Part shown: positions 1 to 14,016 of the stretch, in pieces
Layout of the letters: every line of letters starts with the position of its first letter
How positions within the stretch are numbered: the stretch's first letter is position 1
Origin: Octopus sinensis
Taxonomy: Eukaryota
Length of the DNA stretch: 64,000 nucleotides
Direction of reading: 5' to 3'
Assembly (NCBI RefSeq): GCF_006345805.1
Contig: NC_042999.1
Coordinates: 143,282,001-143,346,000, forward strand
The notes under the pieces: model-generated
The model's input: only the letters and a program-made list of their open reading frames with translations
Database searches by the model: none
Told to the model about the DNA's origin: nothing
Position numbers and translations under genes: made by a program

Positions 1-464
1 TATCAGAGGCGCAAAGAAGTGGGTTGGTTTCAGTGGGAATTCGAATTTGTGTTTCAAATTCTGGTGACTGAAATATGTCTGGCTTTGTTCTGCTCACTAC
101 CACTACCGACCTTTTTTTTTTTAAATGAACAAAATCAACTTTTGCAGGGGAAAGGATACAGTCAATCGAATCATCTTCAGTATAATACAGATACTTATTC
201 TATCGGTCTGGAGAGAGGTAAATGGCAATAAATTCAGAACTTAGAAAAACAAACTTAAATACTATTTAGAGCCTTGTTTCACAATTTAGTCAATAGCTTT
301 GTTTGACTAAACATAACTTCGTACTTTATTGGCAGACGAGAAGTTTATTGTGAAGCTGATTCCTTTCCTGAAGTATTAACGATATCAATTCATGAAAATT
401 GATCGGGCTGAGAAGCCATACAGAGTACACGGACTTTATTCACCCGAAATTAACTATTCACTGG

Positions 465-733
465 CCACGGGCTGTGTGTTATGTTCTTGAGCAAGACACT
501 TTACTTCATGTTGATCCACTTCACTCGGCTGCTAAAATGAGTTGTGTCGTCACTGGTGTCAACCTGTCTCGGCCTTTTGCCTTTCGGTGGCGTGGAGAGC
601 GGAGACTGGCATGCATGGGCGACAGCTGGTCTTTCATAAACAACTTTGCTCGGACTTGTGCCTCGGGGACGAACTTTCTATGTGCAATCCCATGGCCATT
701 TGTGACCAAAGGGACTCTTTACTCTTTACCCTA
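465..733 (+). mobile_element. 5'-truncated CORE-type SINE remnant
   Basis: CORE-like segment ttcttgagcaagacactttac...cactcggctgctaaaatgagt followed by a tail ending in (TTTAC)-like repeats. Confidence 0.55.
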
Positions 734-861
734 GTGTACTGAAACTTGGCCACAAAATTAAGCAATAACGAACCGAAATTTAACCAATAGCTAACCAACT
801 GTCCTACTACTACTACTACTACTACTACTACCATTATTATTATTACTATTATTATTATTCA

Positions 862-1060
862 GGCGGCGAGTTGGCAGAATCGTTAACATTCCGGGCGAAA
901 TGCTTAGCTACGTTCTGAGTTCAAATTCGGCCGAAGTCGACTTTGCCTTTTATCCTTTCGAGGTCGATAAATTAAGTGCCAGTTGAGTACTGGGGTCGAT
1001 GTGATTGACTATCCCCCTCCCCACAAAATCCAGGCCTTCCATCTTTATTAGAAAGGATTA
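862..1060 (+). mobile_element. tRNA-derived SINE, family A
   Basis: Head ggcggcgagttggcagaatcgtta, B-box gagttcaaattc, central gtcgactttgcctt(t)tatcctttcgaggtcgataaattaagt shared with many copies in the window; (ATT)n flanks. Confidence 0.85.
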
Positions 1061-1961
1061 TTATTATCATTACTATTATTATTAAATATTATATCGAAGA
1101 AGCTACGGAAGAAACTATAGAAGAATTAGAATATTCTTTTAATTTGTTGCACGAACATTCCTCCGGCAATAGAATTTAACGTGCAACCCAACTCCCTGTT
1201 TATTACACTGCGTACATAATATTTCAAGACATGATTGATTATCTCGATGACAATCACTTTTTTTTCAAGATAAGATCTAAAGATTTTTTTTTACCTGAGG
1301 GATGAAGGACAATAGGAAATAAAATTATACCATTTTTAAGGGCAGGGAGGGCAGAAACGGTATAGTGTTAAACTAAACATGGTAAAGTATTTAACTACCA
1401 CTTTATCAATTCTAAGTTCAAATCTCGACTTGGCTGGTAGAATTTTCCTTTGACCTCTACTCCATCGATTAAGTAACTATAAGTATTTCACCGATTGTTG
1501 ATTTAATGGACGTTGTTTCAATGTTTGCTTTGTTAAAAAAAAACTGCGTTAATGGCAAAGAAAGTGCAGTGGAGGTATAACCAGTAGAGTACCGTAAATG
1601 GCAACCGGCAGTCTTTAGTTTTAAGTTCTGAGTCTCATTCATGAAGCAGTATCAATATATTCGTCTAGAGCCTGTTACGTTCAAATATTGGCAGTGTGCT
1701 TATGCTAGAAATCAATATTTAGTTACATGCCGTTACATCCCAAGTTCATTAGGACGAATTGCCTTTCATTCTTTCGGGGTATATCAAATAAAATACCAGT
1801 CATTAACTCGTGTCGATTAAGTAACTATACTCATTCCTTAAAATGTGTAGCTTTCAGTAGTAAAAATACTAAAAGATTGCCACTATGGTAAGTAGGTGAG
1901 TAGGCGAGAGACCTAAACAACTTGTGACGCTAGAACAAGACCAAAGAAGAGATTTATAGAC

Positions 1962-1962
<1 letters not shown>

Positions 1963-1992
<30 letters not shown>

Positions 1993-2044
1993 CTTCTTCT
2001 TCTTCTTCTTCTTCTTCTTCTTCTTCTTCTTCTTCTTCTTCTTC
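1963..2044. repeat. (CTT)n microsatellite
   Basis: Perfect trinucleotide run. Confidence 0.97.
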
Positions 2045-2593
2045 TATTGCATCTTGATATAGGAGTGATGCTACCAGCCTTAATTTGTAGCCTTACAACT
2101 GGAGTTTGTGAATTTCGTATTTTAATTAGGTAAGCAAATAAAAAAAAAACGAGATGTCTTTAGATATATTAGTGGCTGAGTCCTCCAAATGTAAACTTTT
2201 GCCGAATCTTTTTAACATGTCCTCGTAATGAGAAACTGGAATATTAATGACAGCGACATAATAACAAAGATTGGGAAAGTTATTTCAAGAGGCCTACGAG
2301 GAAGAATATTAATGTAATATGCAAGTGGTGTAGCTGTGTACTAACAAACGTAAATCTACTTTAATCGATCATGAGAAATCTGTAATTCTAATTTCAGGCA
2401 TATTTGCGAAGGCTAGTATCTAAACTAAGGAAGTGGAAAATTTTGAAATTAAATATATGTATAAAGACATCATTGTATTCGATCGGTGGATCATCATATA
2501 AATTTATAACAAGATACAGGAAAAAGGAGTCCTATTACAGAGACTCTACCGCCACTACAAACGGACTTACAGAAAATAATAAAAATCAAACAA

Positions 2594-2594
<1 letters not shown>

Positions 2595-2686
<92 letters not shown>
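2595..2686. repeat. (CA)n microsatellite
   Basis: Perfect dinucleotide run. Confidence 0.97.
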
Positions 2687-2690
<4 letters not shown>

Positions 2691-3664
2691 TACAATTATC
2701 TCAACAAAGTAGCATCTTATTCTGTCGAATCGCAGATGGTATTGCAAGCGTCATGTAGTGATTTCAGGTAAAGGATTACGACAAATTACGTGTTCTGGAT
2801 TTAAAAAAAAAAAACCGACAAAGAGAAGAAACTATCAACAAAGAAAAAAGAAAAAAGAAAAAAGAAAAAGAAAAAGAAGAAACCATTCCTTCTGAAAAAT
2901 GCTAATTTACGATAGACTAAGATCACAACTCAGTTTTATTTCTCTTCGTATGTTTGAATTTAGAAGATCCAGGTATAAACACAGAGATGGAATAGGTCGC
3001 TTATAGTTATTTAAGTTAGGTAAAATTACAATTAAAAGTACGAGATCCAGGTGTCACTGTCCGGTAGGAATTGTCTCAGTTTTCAAAGTATCAAGCAACC
3101 CAGAGACCTCATCGATCCCTTTTTCTTACTTTTTCCTTTTTCTTTTTATTTTTCTCTTCAGTTCATTTATTTTAGAATAGAGTACTATTCAATTACATTA
3201 TGTTCACCCTAAGGGCATTTTAAACAGCATTTTAGGCCCCCGGGAAAAGCAATGCACTGAGGCTTTTGCACACACAACCGTAGCATGCTTAAATTAGTAT
3301 TGGGTCCTCTAAGCACGCGTGCCTCCTCGAGCAGCAACCCGTGTAACCATATTTTAAGACGGCACTGACTCACCCCTGAAAAGGTAATTGGACTGTGTCA
3401 TTGAAAAATGTTCATTAGCTTTCAGAGCTGATTATAAATCCTTCAACGAGTATTAGGCTTTTAGAGACGGATACACTTTAACTAAGTGAAAACAGAGTTT
3501 GAAAGACGAATACAGGTATATTAAATACTACAGAAGATAAATTCTAGAGTAGTTAAAATTATTTTACTTTGAAGAGAAAATTAAACAAAGGCCTCGTGGC
3601 AACTGCAATCGACACCTAATGCCAAATGGAGAAACTCTCAAGAATAATAAAAAAAAAATATTAT

Positions 3665-4053
3665 TCTTTTACTGTTTTTCTTCTTTCAGTCATTTTACTG
3701 TGGCCATGCTGGAGCTCTGCCTTGAACGGTTTTAATCGAGCAAATCGCTCCAAGTACTTATTTTTTAAAGCTTAGTACTTATTCTATCGATCTCTTTTTT
3801 TTTGCCAAATCGCTAAGTTAAGGGGACGCAAACACATCAACATTAGTTGTCAAACGGTGATAGGGGGGGGGGGCACAAACATAGACACAAAGACACACAG
3901 ACACGCACACACATATACAATGGGTTCTTTCAATTTCCATCTACCAAATCCACTCACAAGGCTTTGGTCGGCCCGAGGCTATAGTAGAAGACACTTGCCC
4001 AAGGTGCCACGCAGTGGGACTGAACTCGGAACCATGCGGCTGGGAAGCAAGCT
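3665..4053 (-). mobile_element. tRNA-derived CORE-like SINE, family B
   Basis: Minus strand reads ggttccgagttcagtcccactgcgtggcaccttgggcaagtgtcttctactatagcc...ccagcatggccacagt..atgactgaaa, matching copies at 26191, 35317, 49965 and 55945. Confidence 0.88.
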
Positions 4054-4067
4054 AAGGAAAAGATTAA

Positions 4068-4225
4068 CTGTCCCCCCCGCCATCACCACTTGACAACTGG
4101 TGTTGGTGTGTTTACATTACCGTAACCTAGCGGTTCGGCAAAAGATTCCGATAGAATAAGGAACAGGCTTAAAAATAAGTGCTGGGCTCAATTCATTCAA
4201 CTAAAAATTCAAGGCGGTGCCCCAG
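4068..4225 (+). mobile_element. 3'-half fragment of SINE family B, inverted relative to the adjacent copy
   Basis: cttgacaactggtgttggtgtgtttac...cgtaacctagcggttcggcaaaaga...aaggcggtgccccag matches the family B 3' half. Confidence 0.8.
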
Positions 4226-4243
4226 AAAGAAAGAGAGAGAGAG

Positions 4244-4362
<119 letters not shown>

Positions 4363-4892
4363 GCTAGAGGCAGAGTAGACTAGTATTTAGAAGATGTATA
4401 GAGCATAAGGTATAAGCCCCTAAGAAAATAAGATAGACAACTGGCTTCTTAGATAGATTGGGATCGACAGCTAAGTAGATATATTGATTGCTACACAATT
4501 AGATAGACAAACAGCCACAACCACGAATAAGCAGATTAACGACAGGTATACTATATAAATGTATTATGTCTCAGCTAAAAGTAGGCGAGAGAAAGTATAA
4601 ATTTACCTATGTTTTCTGATAATCATAGAAATTTGCATCTTTCGCGTTGACTAAGTACACTAAAAGAGGTTAACGGGTATATAATATGACCTTTTTCACA
4701 TGGCTTTGTTTCACAATGTATACATATGTGTACTTGTATACGTGTACGTGCCTGTGTGAGGGAGTGTATGTGTTCGTGTGATGGCTGTGTTTGTTGGGTG
4801 TGTGTTACATATTAATGAGGATAGATAAATAGCCAGATAGGCATATAAATAATTGGGCAGATACAGAGATAAATACGAACAAATATCTGTCA

Positions 4893-6035
<1,143 letters not shown>

Positions 6036-6825
6036 ATACATACGCCCAATATAGGGTCACAGGCAAACATAGATTTCGTAAACATATACATACATAAATT
6101 CGATGATTATGCAAATTAAGCAAGTTCGTATAAGCATATATGAGCACATTCACACACACACACACACACATGCACACTGATATATACACGCACATACGCA
6201 CACATATAGTATAAAACAACTGAAATCAAGTCAATTGTTTTCGCAAATAAGGCAAATATGCAAATTATGCAGATGATGAATACCATCGGCTCCTCCACCA
6301 CCAACAGTATTACACCCGTTACCATCCCTTATTGTACACAATACAAAAAAATACACACTAGTTGTATGATTTACCCACGAAATCTATATCCCGGCAGAAG
6401 CTAATTGAATGACATATAATGCCATGTTCTTGTGTCTGCATATCCGTGAGAATAGTAGACTATGGACATTTAGTCCTGTGTGGGGGAAAGTTTTAAAGTC
6501 ACTGACAAGACAGGATTGAAGGAAGGTAGAAACCTGTGAAAGAGAGAGAATATTAAGGTAGGAGAGAAGAAAGGAAAGCAAGAAAGAAAAGAAAGTGTTC
6601 GGCAGAATAAAAGAAGGAAAAACGAAAGAAAAATAGAGAGAAAGAAAGGTAGACAGATAGATAATAGATAGTAAACGGATAGATAGCTGGCTAGCTAGCT
6701 AGCTAGATAGAAATAATAATGGTGAAATAAAGGGTTCGAAAAATAAGGTAGGAATGTCGAGGCTAACTATGAATACATATATGAATATATGTGTATGTAT
6801 GTACATTTGTGTGTGTATATATATA

Positions 6826-7210
6826 CTAGACTACCCGTGACCCGTTAGGTCACCGGGAAACCTCTTAGTTTCCCAGCAACAGAGCTTTGTTTCGTGGGTT
6901 TTTTTTCTTTTCCATGTTATTTCGCATGCTTTCAACGAATGTGACATCGAAAGGTTAGAGATTCTTCCCTTTTAAGATGAAGTTAAATTCGGATCATTTT
7001 CCCATTATGCACCGTTTGGGTATTTATACCCAAAACCCCGAATATATCAATAACAACTGCTCCAATTTACGCAAAACGTGTTTCATTCCGTTCGTATTAA
7101 CATTTCAGGGTAAAGTTGATTCATAGTATTTTCCCATTATGCTCCAGTTTCGTTGGGTAACATTGTAAGCAAGCAAGCAAACAAGATTCAAGCATTTAAT
7201 GTATTATAGA
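6826..7210 (-). mobile_element. Non-autonomous Helitron-like element
   Basis: Minus strand starts A|TCTATAATAC and ends CTAG|T; subterminal hairpin ccgtgacc-cgtta-ggtcaccgg; no TSD. Confidence 0.65.
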
Positions 7211-7211
7211 T

Positions 7212-7303
<92 letters not shown>

Positions 7304-8009
7304 ATCTCAGAGAGTTGAAAGCAAAATAAATTTCGGCGGGATTTGAATTGAGAATCTAAATAGTCGCCACAAATACCACAGAAAATTTTTCTTCTGACAC
7401 CCGAATGATACTGCCAAACTACTACACTAAAGAATTCTGCACATAATGAAAGCGGGAATGGGCAAGAAATCATTAACAAAAGCCATTTTGTTGATTAACA
7501 CGACAAGAATTGAAGATAGCCGCCAACACATTGAATTACTGCTATCTGTGAAAGGAGAAGAAATTCTTTCCAGGAATGATAGAGTACTAGAGGGCAGGAG
7601 TAATCCCTTCTTTTCCTAGATATGATATCAAGGAAACCTACTACATACTAAGTACCTTGCCCTCAGATGTAACAAAAGATCTACTGAGGAATATTGGAAC
7701 CACAACCTATATACAGCTCAATAGTTTGATATTTTACTTACATCAGTTCTCCCCTGCAATCTGAATTGAAGATTTATTTAATATAGACCTTACCCTTATT
7801 TTTTTTATATAATGTAATATGACTGCATTAAAATTTTAAAATAACAAAGCATAGAATCCAGTTTTGATGTGCATCATGATATCTACATAATCAAATATGA
7901 GCCTTAATAAGTAATGAGATTCCGAACTTGTGTGTAATTGCTTGATATACTATTTATAGTAATCAAATTTCTCCCAACAAACTCCTTATAGAGATTATAT
8001 ATTTTAGAG

Positions 8010-8186
8010 CAATGGTTCTCCACCATTTTTCACCTATGGAACCCTTTTATTTCTATTTTACTCTACTGGATCCCCATAACTATTTGTGTATTGTGCAAGT
8101 ATAACCAATTTATTACATATAAACCTCAACAACAAAATCTTATACGGACCCTCAAGGGTCAAATGAACCACGATTGAGAACCACTG
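8010..8186. mobile_element. hAT (Charlie-like) MITE
   Basis: TIRs caatggttctc(c)a / ttgagaaccactg; 8-bp TSD ttttagag at 8002-8009 and 8187-8194. Confidence 0.88.
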
Positions 8187-8898
8187 TTTTAGAGCAACAC
8201 AGTCACAGTAACACTAAAATAATAATAGTAAAAAAATTGTGTTTATAAGCGGTACAGTAGACTGCACTCCCTTTGTTACTGGTACTTATTTTATTACTGC
8301 GAGGAGAGAAAGTAAGATTGAAGCCTGCGGGCTTTGAATGCAACACCAAAACAAGGACGAGGCTAAATAATGCAGAGTATTGCGGCAATTTACCGTTTCT
8401 ACCCTTCCATTGCCTTTACCTCAATCATAATTAATAACATCACATCCATCTAATATAAAAAGTGACAGTCTAAACAATCGCTGTAAGACATTTTGTTTTG
8501 TGGGAGCAAGTATGTGATCAGAGGTGGCAGGTTGTCATGATATCCAGAATAATTAGTCTGGTGATATACGAGACTTTCTGATGGGCGTTGTGAGGGGAAA
8601 GGAAGACAATGCAAAAATATGGGAAGGGTTGGGGGAGGCTCTGAAAAAATATAAAGAAAGGAAGATAGAGGCAAGTAAAAAACAAAAAAAAAATGGGAGA
8701 AAGTCAAAAAGAATAAACATGATGAAAGAACCAGAAAAGACAGAACCAAAAAAATTAAAAGCTAAAAACAATACAGACACACACACGCATAATGTATGTA
8801 TATAAGTGTATGTATGTATGTATGTATGTATGCATGTATGTATGTATGTATGTATGTATGTATGTATGTATGTATGTATGTATGTATATCTATGTGTG

Positions 8899-8947
<49 letters not shown>

Positions 8948-9543
8948 AAAGCAGACCAGAAAACGAAAATGAAATGAAATGAAAAATGAGAAAATAAATA
9001 AATAGATGAATAAATTATAGAAAGGAAAATGTACATTATCCTTTAATATAAGGCTGATTATCTTCCTAGGTAAATTTCACAATGTGTCCTATAGACTTTT
9101 TATCCGGTCACTTCCTATTGTGCCATTGTTTATAAGTGATACCCAACACTTCACTCAGCAGGCTTATAAGCGAGCTTAGTCGATAGACTGCTGGTATACT
9201 AACCGAAGGTTCGGCGTTTCGTATCCAGTTACATGCAGCTCATTTAACAAACAACACCAGCGACAATAGAAACAGCAATAAACAAAACTATAAACAACCA
9301 AACACTTAATTCTTACCGAGCAAGGTCACCTAGGCTAAAGTAACATTAGGTGCTACCATGAGACATGGTAACATTGTAGTAAATGGAAATCAGGTTTCCA
9401 GGCCCAACGCCCTTCGTTGGTAGAGGAGAGAGAAAACAGGGAATCACTTCAAAATATCTTCTCTCGAATTACCAGAGATCGATGAAGTCCCATAAGGTGC
9501 ACCTCAAGTGCAAAATGCGCTATGATACGTGACAGCATTATTC

Positions 9544-9790
9544 TAAACAACCCTTATTCAGGTACCATTTGAGCGGGACGGGCTACTTGACTTGAAGAAA
9601 ATTCTAACTGGGCCCCACCTTCAAGGTCATGCGCTGTTAATCTTGATATGAGATCACCATGTCACGCACATTTGGTTGTGATGCATGTGCCCGGTGTATC
9701 CTTATCAGACGGGTAATCATGATGGGTATACTGGGCTTCGTATATTTGTACCCCGTGTCACTTTGATGGCATGCACTGCTCGTTCACTCA
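9544..9790 (+). mobile_element. 5'-truncated copy of the ~555-bp non-coding TAA-associated retroposon
   Basis: Closely matches the reverse complement of 16826-17070; ends ...ctgctcgttcactca followed by an (ATC/ATA)n tail. Confidence 0.85.
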
Positions 9791-9834
9791 ATCATCATCA
9801 TAATAATATCTATAATAATGAAAGTAAGAAAATT

Positions 9835-9977
9835 ATTGCAGTCAAAGCAATAAATTTGAGAGCAGTACCCTTAATCAGATATGAAGTTGGAATAATAGAC
9901 TAGATTAGAAACGATATAAAGAAACTTGACAGAAAAACTAGGAAGTTGTCGACAATGTATAGAGCTCACTATCCAAT
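9835..9977 (+). pseudogene. R4/Dong-like LINE reverse transcriptase fragment
   Basis: Translates to VKAINLRAVPLIRYEVGIID*IRNDIKKLDRKTRKLSTMYRAHYP, typical of the post-RT/thumb region of R4-clade elements. Confidence 0.75.
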
Positions 9978-9988
9978 AATAATTTATA

Positions 9989-10378
9989 CTCTAGGCACAA
10001 GGCCTTGAAAATTTTGCGGGGTAGGGGGCTAGTCGATTAGATCGACCCCAGCGCGTAGCTGGTACTTATTTCATCGATCTCGAAAGGATGAAAGGCAAAG
10101 CCGACCTTGGCGGAATTTGAAGTCAGACTGCAGCGGCAGACGAAATATCTATTTCTTTACTACCCACAAGGGGCTAAACACAGAGGGGACAAACAAGGAC
10201 AGACAAACGGATTAAGTCTATTACATCGACCCCAGTGCGTAACTGGTACTTAATTTATCGACCCCGAAAGGATGAAAGGCAAAGACGACCTCGGTGGAAT
10301 TTGAACTCAGAACGTAACGGCAGACGAAATACTACTAAGCATTTCGCCCGGCGTGCTAATAATTCCGCCAGCTCGCCA
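9989..10378 (-). mobile_element. Dimeric SINE family A
   Basis: Full unit 10378-10148 is followed directly by a second unit starting at tatttcgtctgccg (10147-9989) with a different tail. Confidence 0.85.
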
Positions 10379-10389
10379 TTATTTTTATT

Positions 10390-10420
<31 letters not shown>

Positions 10421-10421
10421 C

Positions 10422-10491
<70 letters not shown>

Positions 10492-10511
10492 TATTATTAT
10501 TATCATCATCA

Positions 10512-10548
<37 letters not shown>

Positions 10549-10590
10549 CATTATTATTATTATTATTATTATTATATTATTATTATTATT
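10379..10590. repeat. (TTG)n/(ATT)n compound microsatellite
   Basis: Visible runs. Confidence 0.95.
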
Positions 10591-10700
10591 ACCTCCGCCT
10601 TAGCGAAGGCGGAGTTATTATTTTTAGCCGTGTTTGTTTGTCTGTCCGTGCACAAGATATCTCAAGAACCACTGGATGGATTCGGATGAAACTTTCAGAG
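10588..10700 (+). mobile_element. Helentron/HINE (DINE-1-like) terminal fragment
   Basis: ttacctccgccttagcgaaggcggag terminal palindrome, then gtttgtctgtccg...ggattcggatgaaactt, the usual layout of these non-autonomous elements. Confidence 0.6.
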
Positions 10701-10918
10701 ATAACAGTGGTGATCGGAACGTTGGGCTCAACCCCACTGAAACTTCAAAACTTCTTAAGGCAACTGGAAATCCTATGCAAGATTGATGTCTTACAAAATG
10801 CAGCCTTATTGGGCACAGCGCACATCTTAAGGAAAGTATTATCTGCCTGAGATCCTTGTTGTGACTTGACAGATGACTAAAGACTCCAGTACATTTTTAC
10901 CTACATTGTGTTACGAAG

Positions 10919-10920
<2 letters not shown>
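10701..10920 (+). pseudogene. R4/Dong-like LINE 3' end (restriction-like endonuclease C-terminus plus 3' UTR)
   Basis: ITVVIGTLGSTPLKLQNFLRQLEILCKIDVLQNAALLGTAHILRKVLSA*, then a short UTR and a (TAA)n tract from 10921. Confidence 0.82.
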
Positions 10921-10987
<67 letters not shown>

Positions 10988-10989
10988 TA

Positions 10990-11054
<65 letters not shown>

Positions 11055-11309
11055 ACAATTTTGTTTTAATTCGATAGCAGGGTTTGATAAAAACAATTCC
11101 TCTTTTGGGGAAAGAAAATGGTAATTGTACAGGCTAATATGATAATAAACAATACATTGTGAAGGTACTTAATAACGGCTAGATTAACAAAACCAGCAAG
11201 TTAAACTATTTTTCACGAGTACAACACGCCCGTGGAAGTGATCGATCGGATATGAACGTCTACTCTTTAGCCTGTAGGTCGACACAGTGATAACTGAATA
11301 AGTACTTGC

Positions 11310-11381
<72 letters not shown>

Positions 11382-11945
11382 AACACATCAACGCCCTTGA
11401 GTCATCCATCAGTCACCTAGCCCCAGACTTATTTTATAACAGCAAATTGTCACTATCTTAAAGATTGCTTCAACATAACGATCCGGCGACACGCACATTG
11501 GTGCATACGCACGTATCCACACACACACACATGCACACTCACACACACATGCACACGCACACACACGCATACTCACACAAAGAATCACACTTGCATATAC
11601 CATATGTCTTGCATTTTTATAGACTTAATGACCTCATATATACCACCGCACGTTTGTCATACAAAATATGCCAGTTCCAAGAAGCAGCCTTGTGAGAGAG
11701 AGCTCTGGAAGATTTGGCACAAAGGTTGATAGTTCGTAACCCGTTACTCGTACTCTATTATATTTCTTACGAAAACCCATAATTCTCAATACCCTAATCC
11801 ACCTACGTGCAAGTAGGCATCAATAGGACGTACAGTTCACAATTATAAATATGGAAAGCACTGTACACTTGAAGTATGTTATATTTTAAAATTTTGCTGA
11901 ATATCGATTTGTTATATGAAAAGATGCTCTTGTCTAGTAAGCTTG

Positions 11946-12005
<60 letters not shown>

Positions 12006-12897
12006 GGCTGGGTGGATTCGCGTGAAAAATGGCACACATGTGGAGACGGGTGCATACATTGGAATGCAGTTAGTATTTTTTTTCCTAGCCCCCATACTTA
12101 CAGAGAAAATCGATTAAAACTTTTCTAATGGAATTCCCCTGTTTGTTCCGCCATTAAAACAACCAGTTGCTCACACAGCCGGCATATACCATTTCGCTAG
12201 CAACAAGGGGAGTACAGGATGACAATCAGCCAAAACTTTCGCTATGCTGACTCTCTTCTTTCACATCTTTGTGGGGTTTACCTTAAAAGACGTCAATCTT
12301 CACGACACACACCTTCACTCACTCACTCACTCACTCACTCACTCACTCTATCTCTCTTTATCACCCTCTTTCTCACATACACACGCGCAAGCACACACGC
12401 ACACACACACACATGTCCATTTCATATATCTTCTTTCAGTTTCTGCTCTCTGCAAATAAAATTTTTACGGATACAACTGCTTACAGAAATAGGGATTAAT
12501 GTATAATTTCTTTCTATGTTCATAATTAAATCAATGTTTTAATGATTAGACAGAGGTCCAATAGAATAGCTCTCAGAAAGAGACTACGTACAAATTCTTT
12601 CTTCACAACTCCTGAAGCTGTTTTCTGGCAAAGGTGGGGGAGAATCAGGGAATTTTCATATAGCTGGAGGCTCCAATTGAAACAGGGGACCCGAAATGAT
12701 AAGGTTGAGAAACGCTGTTATAGATTATGCCTAGCCGAAAACGATCACAGCCACATCACCCAAACAGACCGGGTAAAACCGGGATTAGCTGCTAGCATAT
12801 ATATATATATATATATTCTATATTTGATATGTCACATAAGCCGTTAAGTAATTGTGTTTTATAAAGAAAGTGGGTTATTACATATTCATAGTATATT

Positions 12898-13023
12898 CTT
12901 TTCTACTCAAGGCACAAGGCCCGAAATTTTGGGGGACGAGGCCAGTCGATTAGATTGACCCCAGTACGCAACTGGTACTTAATTTATCGATCTCGAAAGG
13001 CTGAAAGTCGACCTCGGCGGAAT
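12898..13023 (-). mobile_element. SINE family A fragment
   Basis: ggcacaaggcccgaaattttggggg...gaccccagtacgcaactggtacttaatttatcgatc...gtcgacctcggcggaat. Confidence 0.8.
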
Positions 13024-13123
13024 ATTCATAATATATTACGAATTAAATTATTAAGGACCTTAGAGATTTCCCGAAACTTGTCTAAGTATCTCGCTGTATT
13101 TAACTTCAGTTGTTTGTCTAAAG

Positions 13124-13342
13124 CAGTGCTTTTCAAACTTTTTGCTGGAGCGGAACCCCAAGGAAACATTCCACTGGCTCGGAGAACCCCAGTGCAATAA
13201 TTTAATAGTCTTATGCACACATATCTGCACAGGAGAATTAAAAATTACTGCTGATGTTAGCAGTTTTGTAACTTCTTGCAGAACCCCTGGACTGTACTGG
13301 CGGAACCCTAAGGTTCCGCGGAACCCTGGTTGAAAACCACTG
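13124..13342. mobile_element. hAT (Charlie-like) MITE, 219 bp
   Basis: TIRs cagtgcttttcaa / ttgaaaaccactg; exact 8-bp TSD gtctaaag at 13116-13123 and 13343-13350; repeated gaaccc subterminal motifs. Confidence 0.92.
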
Positions 13343-13632
13343 GTCTAAAGCTTGAATTGTGAACTACACTGCAATCACCTGTGGTGTAAATGAAAGGTAT
13401 AAACCTTGAGTAGTTACTATAACATTTGAGTTGAGATATTTTAATATTTTTCATTAAGAAGTACTATTTAGGTCCGTGCTGAGACATTACATTAAGATGG
13501 ATATACAATTGTACGGAAGTTTCTTTGGTCTACATGTGTGCGTGCTGTTGGTTGCATGTTGGTTACACATATATCAATATACCACAAAAGCATTGATACA
13601 CACATTGACACAAACTTGTGCTTTATAAATTA

Positions 13633-14016
13633 CTAGCAGTATCGCCCGGCGTTGCTCAGGTTTGTAAGGGAAATAACTATAAAGCATTTTTAGAGAGTTA
13701 TAGCCAAAAAATAGCAAAAAAATGGAAAAAAAATGATGGTAAATTTTTTTGAGAGTTAAAAAAGGTGGAGTTGCGTCCCCTAGACGGTCTGTGGTTTGGG
13801 TTTCTGATTCTCGACCCCATGTCGAATTTATCGATTTTTTTCAGAACTGGGGGAACTTTTCAAAATTTTCGCTGCGTTAGTTTTGAATTATGACATTGGG
13901 CTATGTGTGTGTCAAGTTTCATCAGAATCGGTTGAAAGCCGTGGTCAGAGTGAGGGTACAAGCAAACAGACACACAGAAACACACACAGACAAACTGCCG
14001 TTTATATAGAGAGAGA
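13633..14016 (-). mobile_element. Non-autonomous Helitron-like element
   Basis: Minus strand A|TCTCTCTCTATATAAA...caacgccgggcgatactgCTAG|T; inserted between A and T with no TSD. Confidence 0.75.

Noticed and set aside
3857-4093. Recurring peptide LPNPLTRLWSARGYSRRHLPKVPR (also 26190 and 54695) that suggests a gene family
   Set aside because: It is a chance reading frame of SINE family B
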